In this document: in pieces, positions 1 through 12,118 of the stretch | How positions within the stretch are numbered: the stretch's first letter is position 1 | Layout: each line of letters starts with the position of its first letter | NCBI GenBank assembly: GCA_951406725.2 | Contig: OX597839.1 | Span: 26,474,001 to 26,538,000, forward strand | DNA length: 64,000 nt | Direction of reading: 5' to 3' | DNA from: Octopus vulgaris | Lineage: Eukaryota | Notes under the pieces: generated by a model | What the model saw: the letters and a program-made list of their open reading frames with translations, nothing else | Told to the model about the DNA's origin: nothing | Database searches by the model: none | Position numbers and translations under genes: made by a program

Positions 1-450
1 ACGGGTGATACACCACAAAGCATTTTGCCTGGCATGCTAATGATTCTGCCAGTCTGTGCAGGTAGCACATAAAAAACACCTTTTGAGCGTGGTCGTTGCC
101 AGAACCGCCTGACTAGTCCTCGTGTCGGTGGCACACGGAGCTACCATGCAGTTTCTGTCCACCAATTTTGCTCACAAGCCACTGGTTAGCCTTTCCTAAG
201 GTGCTGCGCAATGGGACTGAACCCAAAACCCCATGGTTCTAAAGTCAGCTTCTTAACCCCCAGCCATGCATATCCACGGTAAATCCTTTCTACTATAGGC
301 ACAAGGCCTGAAATTTGGGAGAGAGGGATAGTTGATTATATCAACCCCAGTACTCAACTGGTACTTAACCTATCAACCCCAAAAGGATGTAAAGTAAAGT
401 CAACCTTAGCAGAATTTGAACTCATAATGTAACAATAGATGAAATACTGC

Positions 451-621
451 TAAGCATTTTGCCTGGCGTGCTAACGATTCTGCCAGTTCACCACCTTAAC
501 AACAACAACAATAATAATAATAATTCTTTCTAGTAATTAAGCATTTTGCCTGGCGTGCTAACGATTCTGCCAGTTCACCACCTTAACAACAACAACAATA
601 ATAATAATTCTTTCTAGTAAT
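451..621. repeat. Tandem duplication of about 87 bp of a SINE head plus flank
   Basis: taagcattttgcctggcgtgctaacgattctgccagttcaccaccttaacaacaacaacaataataataa..ttctttctagtaat occurs twice in a row. Confidence 0.85.
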
Positions 622-866
622 AGGCATAAGGCCTGTAATTTTGGAGGAAGAGATCAGTTGATTACACTGACCCCCAGTACTCAACAGGTACTTATTTCAT
701 TGACCCCTCCAAAGGCTTCTTTTCAGTTTCTGTCTGCCAAGTTGACTCACAAAGCTTTGGCCGGCCAGAGGTTATAGTAGAAAACACTTGTCTAAGATAC
801 CACGCAGTGGGACTGAACCTGAAACTATGTGGTTGGGAAGCAAGCTACTTATCACACAGCCACTCC

Positions 867-922
<56 letters not shown>

Positions 923-925
<3 letters not shown>

Positions 926-1118
926 TACGGAGATGTACTTGCATAGCGAGTGACTTGATCTGAGATCGTGTGCTGGAAAACAATTGCAGCGTGGAAGGTG
1001 TTTATAAGCCATTTAAGAAACACAAAAACCGTTAGATTCACTTCAACATTTAAATTTAACGGTTTTTGTGTGTTTCTTAAATGGCTTATAAACACCTTCT
1101 ACGCTGCAATTTTTTGCA
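923..1118. repeat. Foldback element in (TA)n; same family as 13149-13419
   Basis: aattgcagcgtggaaggtgtttataagccatttaagaaacac...gtttcttaaatggcttataaacaccttctacgctgcaatt is an inverted repeat, with (TA)n on both sides. Confidence 0.75.
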
Positions 1119-1151
<33 letters not shown>

Positions 1152-2127
1152 GATAATGGGCATGATGAAGTAGTATTTCACAAATTTTAATTTACATTCT
1201 AATTTAAATACAGCTTATTATTATTGACCTCCATATGTTGCCACAACATCGGTCAGTATCTGTTGCATTTGCAACTTTGCTACAGTACCGGTGTAGTTTC
1301 TTCAGGGTCTTCACTGTAATATCCTTAAAATTCAAAAATGTGAAATTATTTTTCTTTGGAACAGTGAATCTTGAAGCAGATGAAGCTACATATGATAGTG
1401 TGTAAATAAATACTGGATTAAGAAAAACCCTGTAGAAAATGTTGAAGGTTTCGAGATTCACCATTTCAACAAAAAACGTATATAATAATTATGTATCATG
1501 CACACGGCAAACCCTACTCTTTTCCGTCAAGGGCCTATATGCCCCAATATTAGGCTTTTTACCTTCATCAATCCATGGTGATCACTTATAAGCTTTAAGC
1601 TAGTAAATCTTATTATTAATATATATATTCTTTTATTTGTTTCAGTCATTTGACTGTGGCCATGCTGGAGCACTGCCTTTAGTCGAGTAAATCGACACCA
1701 GGACTTATTCTTTGTAAGCCTAGCACTTATTCTATCAATTTCTTTTGCTGAACCGCTAAGTGACAGGGGACGCAAACACACCAACATCAGCTGTCAAGTG
1801 ATGTTGGGGGAACAAACACAGACACACACATACACATATATAGAGGACAGGCTTCTTTCAGTTTCTGTCTTCCAAATGCACTCACAAGGCTTTGGTTGGC
1901 TTGAGGCTGTAGTAGAAGACACAAGGTGCCACACAATGGGTCTGAACCCAGAATCATGTGGTTGGTAAGCAAGCTACTTACCACACAGCCACTCCTGCAC
2001 ATATATTTAATATTCCTAGAAATGCTTCAGTTCTATGAGGAAGGTATAGTAATTTCTGTCAACCTTAGTACTTCAGTAGACTGGTTTATATTTTATTGGT
2101 CTTTACCAATGTTAACTAACGCCAAAT

Positions 2128-2832
2128 CATCATCATCATCATTGTTCAAGCGTGGTCGAGACAATGGAATTTACCATGCTACGCCAGACTTCACGGTCCA
2201 TCATGGCATTATGGAGGTCCTGTTGCTGGATGCCTGTATCCCTGGAGATTACATCAGGGTAGGAGAGTGTGCGCCCTCTGGTATTGCGAGTAGATGGCTT
2301 CCGGAGGAGAAGAGTAGAAATTGCCTCGTTTTCAGCTCTACAACAATGTCCAGCAAACTGGACTCTCCTACCTTTCACAAGAGATGACACAGGTGGTAAT
2401 TTCCCATATATTTGCATTTTGGTTGGATGGCGCTTCCACGAGAGATTTTGAGCTCTCATAAGGAGGCGAGTGTAGGTTCCATCCAACCGCCTCTCAAGCT
2501 TCTTTGATAACGTCCAGGTTTCTGAGCCACATAGTAGAATTGGTTCGACTGTGGCTTTGAAGATTTCAAGTTTGAAGTCTCTACTTAGATTTGATGACCA
2601 GATCTTATGCATGTCATTACAGGCTGACCAGGCCATACCCTTTCTAGTTAGAAAGTCTTTTCCAGATGATGATATGTATGACCCAAGATATTTGTAATCA
2701 GAAACCATATTTAAGGGCGCATTGTTAAGAGTATGGATGATGCAATCACTGTTGGACAGGCACTTGTTTATGTATTCAGTCTTGGCCTCATTGAGGTAAA
2801 GACCTACACAATTTGAGGCTTGTTCAAGAGAT
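2128..2832 (-). mobile_element. 5'-truncated RTE-clade LINE (C-terminal part of the RT ORF plus (TGA)n tail)
   Basis: Open frame VGLYLNEAKTEYI...YKYLGS...KATVEPILLCGSETWTL...RRVQFAGHC...REVWRSMV, typical of the RTE RT thumb and C-terminus. The stop runs directly into a tgatgatga tail. Confidence 0.9.
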
Positions 2833-5052
2833 TGTAAAACCTAGCATTCGTTTATTTTATTTATTTAATTTACTTCTAAATGGTTCAAGTGTATTCTGTA
2901 CGAGAAAGGTAAATTGCCAAATCTTAGAGTTAGAAATCTATGAAGTCAACCAATCAATAGATTTTAGTTCATTCGTCTATGTCAGGAAAAAGATTACATT
3001 TGACGTTTCAAATGAACTTAACTTTCGAAGATCCACTTTGATCTCAATAGAACTAGAGGTAATTTTATAAAGCCTAACAATACTTCTAATTCATCATGAA
3101 ACACTGTGCCTCTTATACTGAATTGATAAGAAACATCTGGGGGTTTAGCTTCATGCAAAGATTAAGTTATTACAGCATTATCATCATCATTTAATTGCCC
3201 CATGGGTTGGATGGTTTGACCAGGGCGGATAACTGAGGGGTTGCACCAGATTCTAGTCTCATTTGGTGTGGTTTCTACAGCTGGATGCCCTTCCTAACGC
3301 CAACCACTCCGAGAGTGTAATGGATGTTTTTCCATGCCACGACTACGATTTCACTTGGCTTGAATGGTCTTCTTGTCAAGCACAGCATATTGCCAAAGGT
3401 CTTGGTCATTTGTCATTGCCTCTGTGAGGCCCAGTTCTCAGAAGGTGCTTTTTGCATGCCACCAGCATGGGCCACATTGCCTCCTACAGTCTTATAACGA
3501 CTGATATATTGCTCAAAATGAAAGGAAATTTTACTTATTTGAAACTGGCTCTATTCCCTAATTTTTTATGACCTGTAACAAGGGGAGATTAAACCCTCTT
3601 AAACTTTGCCCAAAAGGGGAAAAAATTATACAGAACAACTAAATGATCAACCTCATTGTATTGCAGTGAAATTACTGCCTCAAAACCAAGTAAAACTGAT
3701 TCTGCGTGTATGTACATGTGTGTATGCATTGCAGGTGCAGAGGAATGGTTAAGATGCTCACTTTGACATCATGAGATTGTAAGTTCAATCCCATTGCATG
3801 GGAAAAAATGCCTTACTGTAAGCCTCAGGTCAACCTAGACTTTCCAAATAAAATCAGGCAAACAAAAGCACAGTTTCTGTCGGCCTGATTTCAATTCCCA
3901 ATACAGATGGACTGTATTGGTGACCGAAAAAGCCAGTCTTGTTACACATTCTACCTGATTCTACCTGCTGATTTCATTAAAGGTACACAGAGGTTTATGG
4001 TGTACTCAGCCACTTGGCTACTAATAAGACAGTATTAGCGGATGGTTAACAGGAATACCCATCATCAAAACTGACAGTGGATCTATTTATCTAATATATT
4101 TCTGACTTCTAGGGACACAGCATTTTGTTATGCAACCATAACATACTATAAAGTATATTGAACGTTTTTCTTTTAAGCCAATACCATGCTCTACTGTGTT
4201 AGCAGTGCGTTTTACATCACTTCATCATCATCATCATTTAGCGTCCGCTTTCCATGCTAGCATGGGTTGGACGGTTCAACTGGGGTTTGTAAAGCCAGAA
4301 GGCTGCATCAGGCCCAGTCTGATCTGGCAGTGTTTCTACGGCTGGATGCCCTTCCTAACGCCAACCACTCCGCGAGTGTAGTGGGTGCTTTTTACGTGCC
4401 ACCCGCACAGGAGCCAGATGGAGCTGGCAAACGGCCACGAACGGATGGTGCTTTTACATGCCACCGGCACGGGGGCCAGGCGAGGCTGGCAACGGCCACG
4501 AACGGATGGTGCTTTTTACGTGTCACCGGCACGGAGGCCAGTCAGGGCGGCACTGGCAACGGCCACGATCGGATGGTTCGCTTACTTGTCACCGGCACTA
4601 GTATCACACCCGCAATTTCCATTGATGTTGATCGACTTCGATTTTGGTTCTGCTTTCTGGTATCTGATTTGATTTGGTTTGATTTGATTTTGATTATTGT
4701 TAGAGATTATTTCTACAGACATTCTATAGAGATTATAGCCAGCACTGATTATGTTGTTATGCTGTTTTGTATCCAAGATGTTAGACGTAAAGAAACAAAC
4801 AAACATCTGATGTCTTGGATATGAAACGTAGCCAAAAAGTCAGTGCTGGTGATAATTTCTATGGAGAATCTGCAGAGATAACCTTAACAAATGATGTAAG
4901 AGTCCTACTAACACAGTAGAAGATGGTATTGACTTATAAAAGCATTTAATATACCAAGTAACTACAAGTCCTCAGTATTTACATACCAGCTTCCAGGAAT
5001 GCATTTAATATGTAAAATTGGTATATCCAATAACTATACACTGTTATAATAT

Positions 5053-5292
5053 CAGGGCTGTGGAATTGGAGTTGGAGTCGATAAAACTATACCGGCTCTG
5101 ACTCGCAATGTCTTAATTCTTTAATATAAACCAGTTGTAACATAGAGGCCTACTCAGAGTACAAGCATATGCATATGCTTTATGAGTTATGTAGACCACA
5201 ATCACTTGATTACATAAAGAGGAGTTGGAGTCGGAATCAGAGGTGCCAATAGTAGAGGAGTCGAAGATTTTTGTTTTGACTCCACAGCCCTG
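5053..5292. mobile_element. hAT-like MITE
   Basis: TIRs cagggctgtgga / tccacagccctg with subterminal ggagtcg repeats. TSD not clear. Confidence 0.6.
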
Positions 5293-5439
5293 GTATATAT
5301 ATATAGGAAGGGCATCCAGCCACAGAAACACTGCCAGATCAGTTTGGGCCTGATGCAGCCTTCCGGCTTCATAGACCCCAGTTGAACTGTCCAACCCATG
5401 CTAGCATGGAAAGCGGACGCTAAATGATGATGATATATA

Positions 5440-5655
5440 GTGGCTATTTAAGCAATGTGTTCAAGGACGATTCATGGGTTCGATGGGTGCTGATGAAGGG
5501 GCAAAAGCCCTCTGAAATATGGTTATTAACCCATTTTTCATTTCCGATCTCACTGTCTGTTCACATCTAACATCTCGGATATGAAACAGAGAAGCAAAAA
5601 CCAGTGCCAGCCGTAATTTCTACAGAATATCCATAGAGATAACCTGAACAACTAA
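5440..5655 (+). mobile_element. Penelope-like fragment with degenerate hammerhead motif (5484-5534)
   Basis: CTGATGA-AGGGGC-AAAA-GCCCTCT-GAAA at 5490-5517. Downstream 5563-5651 resembles 4803-4890, itself one arm of an old inverted repeat (4697-4890). Confidence 0.45.
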
Positions 5656-6157
5656 TATATTTTATTTATTGCATGAGAAATGGTGATAGGGAACTCTGTA
5701 ATGCCGGTATGACTGCTCAGATATTAATAAATATATAAATTCTGCGTGTATTGAGTTATTTTTTGCATGTGTTTTGTCGTCACAAATGCGCACATTCACC
5801 CCCCCACCAGACATACAACCATGTATGATGTATGTATAAAGATATATAGCTATTTTGATTACTAATAAGCAGCTCTATTTGTTACTGTTTATAAAGAAAA
5901 AGGATCTCTGCGATTAACGGAAAGAAATGATTTTCTTAAAAATTTAAATTTTAATGGGAGGTGGGGGTTATCTAAGTTTAGTTAAGCCATAACTTAAAAT
6001 TAAAAACAAAAAAAAAATAAATTAAAAAACATACACACTTGATTATAATATTAAAGTTAAATAAATAATATACATACATTGCTGGAAAAAATGAAGTTTT
6101 TTCTTAATGGGGGATAAAAAAAAAAAAAACCTTTCATAAATTTTTGTTGAAAATTAC

Positions 6158-6244
6158 CTTGCAAACCTTTCTTTATCTTCACGAGCCTTTTTAATTTCAG
6201 GAAATACCTTTTCATAGAATTCTCGCATCTTACAATCTCTGGAT
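6158..6244 (-). CDS. NCOR1: NCOR1/SMRT-like coding exon (87 nt, phase 2 to 2); last exon found in the window
   Basis: tttctcag acceptor, gtaatt donor. SRDCKMREFYEKVFPEIKKAREDKERFA(R) matches NCoR AKESKTREYYEKQFPEIRKQREQQERFQR. Confidence 0.93.
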
Positions 6245-7077
6245 CTGAGAAATAATTATAAATTGGAGATAGATCGTTAGACACAAAAAAAAGAAAAGAA
6301 TCAACAGTGACAATATGTACAGAGTATAAATTAATTGGAAAATTGTCCTCATCCTTGATTGACATATAAGCTCACTAATTAAATTTCTCTGTATATCAAA
6401 GAAGAGTTAAGATGGCTGCTACACAAGGATTTAACGAATGGCTTTGGATGTGAAATGGCAGCAGTACACACCCAATGAACATTTCTACGGAAGCCTTCCA
6501 AAAGTGACCAATGAGATTAGGGAATGATATGTCCACATATCAGGTCATTTGCATGTGTGTGTGTGTATAATTATGAATATCCCTCTCTCTCTTTCGGAGA
6601 GGCACAAGCACCTACACGCACATATACACATACGGCAGTAACTTCCGCCTGCCGAATTCAATCACAAAGCTTTGGTCGGCTCGGGGCTATAGTGGAAGAC
6701 ACCTACCCAAAGTGCCACGCAGTGGGACTGAACCCGAAACCATGTAGCTGGGAAGCAAGCTCCCTAACCACACAGCCATGCATATATATATGTATATAAA
6801 TAGATGAGTGTATTTTTACCTCGTAAACAATTAACACGGAAATAATAAATAAATAGTTACCAGGGTAGCAAAAATCTCACAAGTAAAGAGGATGTAACTC
6901 CTTGTTTATAAAGGTAGAAACTTTGTGTTAACGTGGAATTTTTTGTATAATATATGAATAAATAAATGGAGTTTAACGCAGGTGTAAATCAAATATTTTT
7001 ACTTTCGACACATGTTTCGAAAATTCCACTGAAATATTTATTCATATATATATTTATTCATATATATGTATATATGT

Positions 7078-7370
7078 GGAGGCGCAATGGCCTAGTGGTT
7101 AGGGCAGCGGACTCGCGGTCGCAGGATCACGGTTTCGATTCCCAGACCGGGCGTTGTGTGTGTTTATTGAGCGATAACACCTAAAAAGCTCCACGAGGCT
7201 CCGGCAGGGGGTGGTGATCCCTGCTGTACTCTTTCACCACTCTTTCTTCTGTTGGCATGCTCGCTTAGCCAGCGGGGTGGTGTCATTCAAAGGCTAAAAC
7301 AATGCGAACGCATTGTGACCAGCGATGTGTAACAACATCTGATGGTCTGGTCGGTCACGTGAACACGTGA
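7078..7370 (+). mobile_element. SINE family C head and body with a different 3' tail
   Basis: Closely matches the 25989-26378 element up to ctgctgtactctttcaccac, then continues with an unrelated tail ending ggtcggtcacgtga. Confidence 0.8.
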
Positions 7371-7667
7371 TATGTATATATATATATATATACATATAAT
7401 GCAGTGTTGAACACTCATTGTCATTGTCTCACACACACTCACACATCTGTACCCTGTGAGAACTAATTAGAGCAGTAGTGTTACAAATGAGTTTAATATT
7501 AAGCTATTCATTAAGAATTATAATCTTGCAGAAGTTCACTCTCTGCACACACATGCACACACAAGAAACAATTATTTAATAAACAATAGCTTCTTTAAAA
7601 AAAAAACTCTTAAAAAATTAATGTAATATAAACATATGTAAAAAAAAAAAAATATTCATATATTCAC

Positions 7668-7753
7668 TTTCGTTTCGCATTATTTTCCAGACGTTCTATT
7701 TTTTTGAGCCAGGCTTGCATTAGTTGGTCATAACGGTCAGTTAGATATCGTTC
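7668..7753 (-). CDS. NCOR1: NCOR1/SMRT-like coding exon (86 nt, phase 0 to 2)
   Basis: ttttatag acceptor, gtgaat donor. ERYLTDRYDQLMQAWLKKIERLENNAKR(K) matches NCoR EQKICQRYDQLMEAWEKKVDRIENNPRRK. Confidence 0.95.
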
Positions 7754-8990
7754 CTATAAAAAAAAAAAGAGGGAAAGCAAGTAGTCAACAGAACATAACA
7801 TAATGGTTAGTTGGATAGTGTTCTGATGAAAAAAAAAAAAGGAAAAACAAGGCATGCATGTTGGCCAATAGATATGATAGGATAAAACTAGCCAACGTCA
7901 TTAAATTAGATTTGGAAACAAATTTGAAAAAGTGGTTGGTTGCAATATAAGGGTGGGCAAAAGCAAGAAAGAGAGAAAAATTGATTACTCTTTACTCTTT
8001 TACTTGTTTCAGTCATTTGACTACGGCCATGCCGGAGCACCGCCTTTAGTCGAGCAAATCGACCCCGGGACTTATTCTTTGTAAGCCCAGTACTTATTCT
8101 ATTGGTCTCTTTTGCCGAACTGCTAAGTGACGGGGATGTAAACACACCAGCATCGGTTGTCAAGCAATGCTAGGAGGACAAACATATACATATATATATA
8201 AATCTTCTTTGATATTTCATGGTGCTTTCTTCGTGGAAGTAGAGTTGGGGTTTAAACTGGAACTCTATTTGTTATGACGACGATGGGAATTCCAGTTGAT
8301 CCGATCAATGAAAGAGCATGCTTGCAGCACATAAAAAGCACCCACTACACTCTCGGTGTGGTTGGCATTAGGAAGGGCATCCAGCTGCAGAAACACCGCC
8401 AGATCAGATTGGGGCCTGGTGCAGCCTCCTGGCTTCTCAGACTCCAGTTGAACAGCCCAACCCAGGCCAGCATGGAAAACAGACGTTAAATGATGATGAT
8501 GAAGTGGCTGGGTACTCCACAGACATGCGTGCCCTTAATGTAGTCCTCAGGGAGACTCTGCATTCTACAGGAGATGACTAGGTTGGCCTTTTAAAAATCA
8601 GGTACAACTCATTTTTGCCAACTGAGTGGACTGGAGTAATGTGAAATGAAGTGCCTTGCTCAAGGACAATGTACTGCCAGGAACTGAACTCACAACTGTG
8701 AGCCGAACATCCCTGACTACGAAGCCACGTGCCTTCATAGTGGTAGGGGTATTGGTAAAGTTACAATTTCTTTCCATTGTTAGCTTCTATTTCCAGAGTT
8801 TTGCTACACAAGAATATTTTTAATTATAACAAATCAATGAACCACCAGAAGGAATTTAAAACTTAATTCATTAAATGAATTCGTATTTTAAAATTGTTTT
8901 TGTAAGATGTTTGAAAGGAATGGTAAGAATTGCTAGAATTAATAAAATCGTTTTCGTGCTATAGTTCCAGAATAAAAGATGAAAACTTAC

Positions 8991-9057
8991 TCGCTGCTTG
9001 CGTTCTTTGAAACGCAGCTTAAAGTGTACGATTAACCGTTTCTTGAACATTTGGTAT
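8991..9057 (-). CDS. NCOR1: NCOR1/SMRT-like coding exon (67 nt, phase 2 to 0)
   Basis: ttttttgccag acceptor, gtaagt donor. YQMFKKRLIVHFKLRFKERKQR matches NCoR NQVMRKKLILFFKRRNHARKQR. Confidence 0.93.
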
Positions 9058-9241
9058 CTGGCAAAAAATTTAATAGAAATGTTATTTACGTGATCAAACT
9101 TAAGGTCATTACAGTCAAGAAGTACACATTTTATCATGGAGCGCACAAATCACATACATACATACATACATACAAATGTACGCATGCATGCACACGCATA
9201 TACATACACACAAAGTAGATGAGCGCGCACACACACACACA

Positions 9242-9684
9242 CACACAAAGTACAAGAGCACACCCACAAAGTACAAGAGCACACCCACAAAGTACAAGAG
9301 CACACTCACAAAGTACAAGAGCACACTCACAAAGTACAAAAGCACACTCACAAAGTGCAAAAGCACACTCGCAAAGTACATGACCACACTCGCAAAGTAC
9401 AAGAACACACTCACAAAGTACATGACCACACTCGCAAAGTACAAAAGCACACTCACAAAGTACAAGAGCACACTCACAAAGTACAAGAGCACACTTGCAC
9501 AGTACATGACAACACTCGCAGAGTACAGGGGCACACTCGCAAAGTATATGGCCACACTCGCAAAGTACATGACCACACTCGCAAAGTACAAGAGCACACT
9601 CGCACAGTACATGACCACACTCGCACAGTACAAGAGCACACTCACACAGTACATGACCACACTCACAAAGTACAAAAGCACACA
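9242..9684. repeat. 21-bp minisatellite (about 21 copies) in an NCOR intron
   Basis: Unit cacaaagtacaagagcacact with a second variant cgcaaagtacatgaccacact. It explains the four overlapping periodic ORFs. Confidence 0.95.
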
Positions 9685-9807
9685 TAATATACCCAGCCAA
9701 CCACACAAAACTTTGGGGGAGGTAATTTTGCATAAAGATTCTTTAACTGTTGTTAGACAGGTGAAGTGTCTTCAAACCATATTGTAATTGGAAACTGGAA
9801 ATAATGG

Positions 9808-9850
<43 letters not shown>

Positions 9851-9914
9851 AAGAGATAGAGAGAAAGAGAGAGATACAGAGAGCCTACCCTGCCCCCCCA
9901 AAAGTCCAACTTAC

Positions 9915-9967
9915 TTTAATTTGTTCCCATGATACATGCTTGTATCAGAAGGTTGGTTGTACAAAGG
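9915..9967 (-). CDS. NCOR1: NCOR1/SMRT-like coding exon (53 nt, phase 0 to 2)
   Basis: cattccag acceptor, gtaagt donor. PLYNQPSDTSMYHGNKL(K) matches NCoR PLYNQPSDTKVYHENIK. Confidence 0.95.
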
Positions 9968-10832
9968 CTGGAATGATAAAGGAAGATTCTGAACAACATT
10001 TGGTAAGAAAATAATGTTAGCATGAAAAAAATATAAAAAAAAAAAAAACCCTGATAGAATTACTTAGCTAAAGTAATTAATATATACATGAGACTGGGCC
10101 AATAGGGAAACATTTTCTAAGCCTCCCAACACAGTCTTATTCCAAGGGGTCGATTTTTCACTTGCTAATGTTAGGACAATATTTGGAAGCTTGCAAAGGA
10201 TGCTGTTTTCTGTCTTAACATCTTTTGTAGATACTGATGAGAATGGGCTAAAATAATTAGCATTTAATTCTTGAATCATAAAGAATGAGGAATGCGTCCC
10301 TTGCAATGAGAGAGAAAAAAAAACAGAAAAGGAAGGTAGGAATGGTATTGTTTACCCTTGATCTTTTACTGGTTTCAGTCATTTGACTGGAGCCATGCTG
10401 GGGCACTGCCTTGAAGGGTTGGGCAAAGACTTATTTCGTAAAGCCTGGTACTTATTCTACTGGTCTCTCTTACCGAGCCATTAAGACACGGGGATGCAAA
10501 CACACCAACACCGGTTGTCAAATGGTGATGGGGGACAAACACACATATATATATGATGGGCTTCCTCAAAGTTTCCGTCTACCAAATCTACTCACAAGGC
10601 TTTCATTGACCCAAAGCAACAGTAGAAGACACTTGCCCAAGGTGCCATGCAGTGGGACTGAACCTGGAATAGCGTGGTTGGGAAGCAAGCATCTTACCAC
10701 ACAGCCACGCCTGTGCCTGTGCGTAGAGTAGAGAAATTTTACTTAAAACATTAAATGGGAGGAGGCAACATCCTAAGTACTCCCTACTTCTAAGTTAGCT
10801 GCGATAAAGATTGAAATAAAATTGATATTTAC

Positions 10833-10889
10833 CATATCAATTTTTGGTCCAAGCTTAGTTAGAGCGCTGTGAGCATCATCTGCTTTACG
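10833..10889 (-). CDS. NCOR1: NCOR1/SMRT-like coding exon (57 nt)
   Basis: gtcttcag acceptor, gtaaat donor. RKADDAHSALTKLGPKIDM matches NCoR KKAEEAHKIFEGLGPKVEL. Confidence 0.93.
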
Positions 10890-10963
10890 CTGAAGACAAG
10901 AAGAAGAACAAGATTAAATTTATATTAAAAAAATGCAATGGACAATGTGCTCCAACTAAACTA

Positions 10964-11192
10964 TTAACCCTTTAGTGTTCGCATTATTCTGCCAAAATTA
11001 ATGCTTTTTCATCTACATTGTTTTGAACTAATCATGCATTATCTTGTAGCTATGAGATTTTAATGAGGTAGCTGTTAATTTTTAAAACGATATTGTGGGG
11101 CTGGTGTGAGAGACCAGATCTGGCCAGTTTGAAGATAAAACAGGCAGGATACTTTTGGCCGGATATGGCCGGTTTAAATGCTAAAGGGTTAA
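10964..11192. mobile_element. piggyBac-type MITE, family 1 (about 225 bp; TTAA-CCCTTTAG...CTAAAGGG-TTAA)
   Basis: TIRs flanked by TTAA. Further copies at about 11193-11401 (inverted, truncated), 17113-17342, 20385-20614, 27002-27231, 41834-42061, 43486-43714, 46681-46911, with degraded ones at 27680-27890, 28300-28640, 32050-32257 and 37380-37540. Confidence 0.85.
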
Positions 11193-11760
11193 ACTGGCCA
11201 TATCTGGCCCAGATATTCTACATGTTTTACATTCAAACGGACGATATCTAGCCTCTCACACCTAACCTACAATGTCATTCTAAAAATAAACAATCACATC
11301 ATTGAAACCTCAAAGCTATGAGATAATGTTTGATTAATTAAAAACAATTTGAGTGAAAAATTATTACATTTAACAGAGTAATCTGAACACTAAAGGGTTA
11401 ATGTGTGTGTGTATAGTTCAAATTTACAGAAAACAAAAGACGAAGACAGGTGAGGGAACAACAAGCAGGTGTATTTGTTTGACGTTTCGAACCCACGCTC
11501 TTCAGCAGAAAGGAATGAGAGGAAGAGAATGGAGAGAAAATGAAAAAAAAATGGTTCAACATGATGAAAAGATATATATATTTTACAGAAAATAAAATCT
11601 TAAACAAAGATTAGCTGTGAAAACATTTTAGATGATGGAAAAAAGGGGCCAGCAAGGTGCTACAGAGAATCAAAGTCTGTACCTCTCAAATTCCAGCTGA
11701 GCACTCTGTACCATTAAGCTAAGTAACCACTGATTTTTTTCATAAAAAAAAAAAGTTCAT

Positions 11761-11797
<37 letters not shown>

Positions 11798-11842
11798 AAT
11801 GAAAGAATGGAGTTGAATGACGATTTAACAAAATTCCTTTAT

Positions 11843-11923
11843 TCTCGACATATGTTTCGAAGGCTGCATATTCCTAATTTCGAAGGAATAAGGGGTGCAT
11901 TATGCTGCCTTCTCATCAGGAGA
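11843..11923 (-). ncRNA. Type I hammerhead ribozyme motif, sense to the NCOR pre-mRNA
   Basis: Minus strand: TCTC-CTGATGA-GAAGGC..(extended stem II)..GCCTTC-GAAA-CATATG-TC^GAGA. Core intact, stem I TCTC/GAGA, palindromic stem III ACATATGT. Confidence 0.75.
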
Positions 11924-12037
11924 GACAAGGAACTTATGTCAGCATCAAGATGAACAAAAACATTATCGCTATGGACTCCGAGTGGGCAGTCATCTAAAAG
12001 TTTTTGTTCATCATGATGCTGACATAAGTTCCTTGTC

Positions 12038-12118
12038 TTTCCTGATGAGAAGGCAGCATAATGCAACCCTTATTCCTTCGAAATTAGGAATATGCAGCCT
12101 TCGAAACATATGTCGAGA
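12038..12118 (+). ncRNA. Type I hammerhead ribozyme motif (mirror copy)
   Basis: TTTC-CTGATGA(12042)-GAAGGC...GCCTTC-GAAA(12103)-CATATG-TC^GAGA. Confidence 0.72.

Noticed and set aside
4196-4824. Recurrent ORFs containing LDALPNANHS (also near 19.8, 23.9, 33.3, 35.7 and 52.2 kb)
   Set aside because: Antisense translations of a high-copy non-coding SINE, not a gene family.
5660-5720. Minus-strand AVIPAL resembling the NCoR LSVIPPM exon
   Set aside because: No flanking similarity, no good splice sites, and a stop follows shortly.
7078-7150. tRNA gene
   Set aside because: It has A/B-box-like motifs but no complete cloverleaf, and continues into a SINE body found elsewhere with TSDs.
7788-7897. 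Two adjacent hairpins suggesting an intronic H/ACA snoRNA
   Set aside because: The stems are short and I could not place convincing H and ACA boxes on the transcribed strand.
9242-9684. CRISPR-like periodicity
   Set aside because: Contiguous tandem units with no unique spacers, in a eukaryotic context with no cas genes.
9115-9787. Four long overlapping ORFs (up to 203 aa)
   Set aside because: They are translations of a 21-bp minisatellite inside an NCOR intron.
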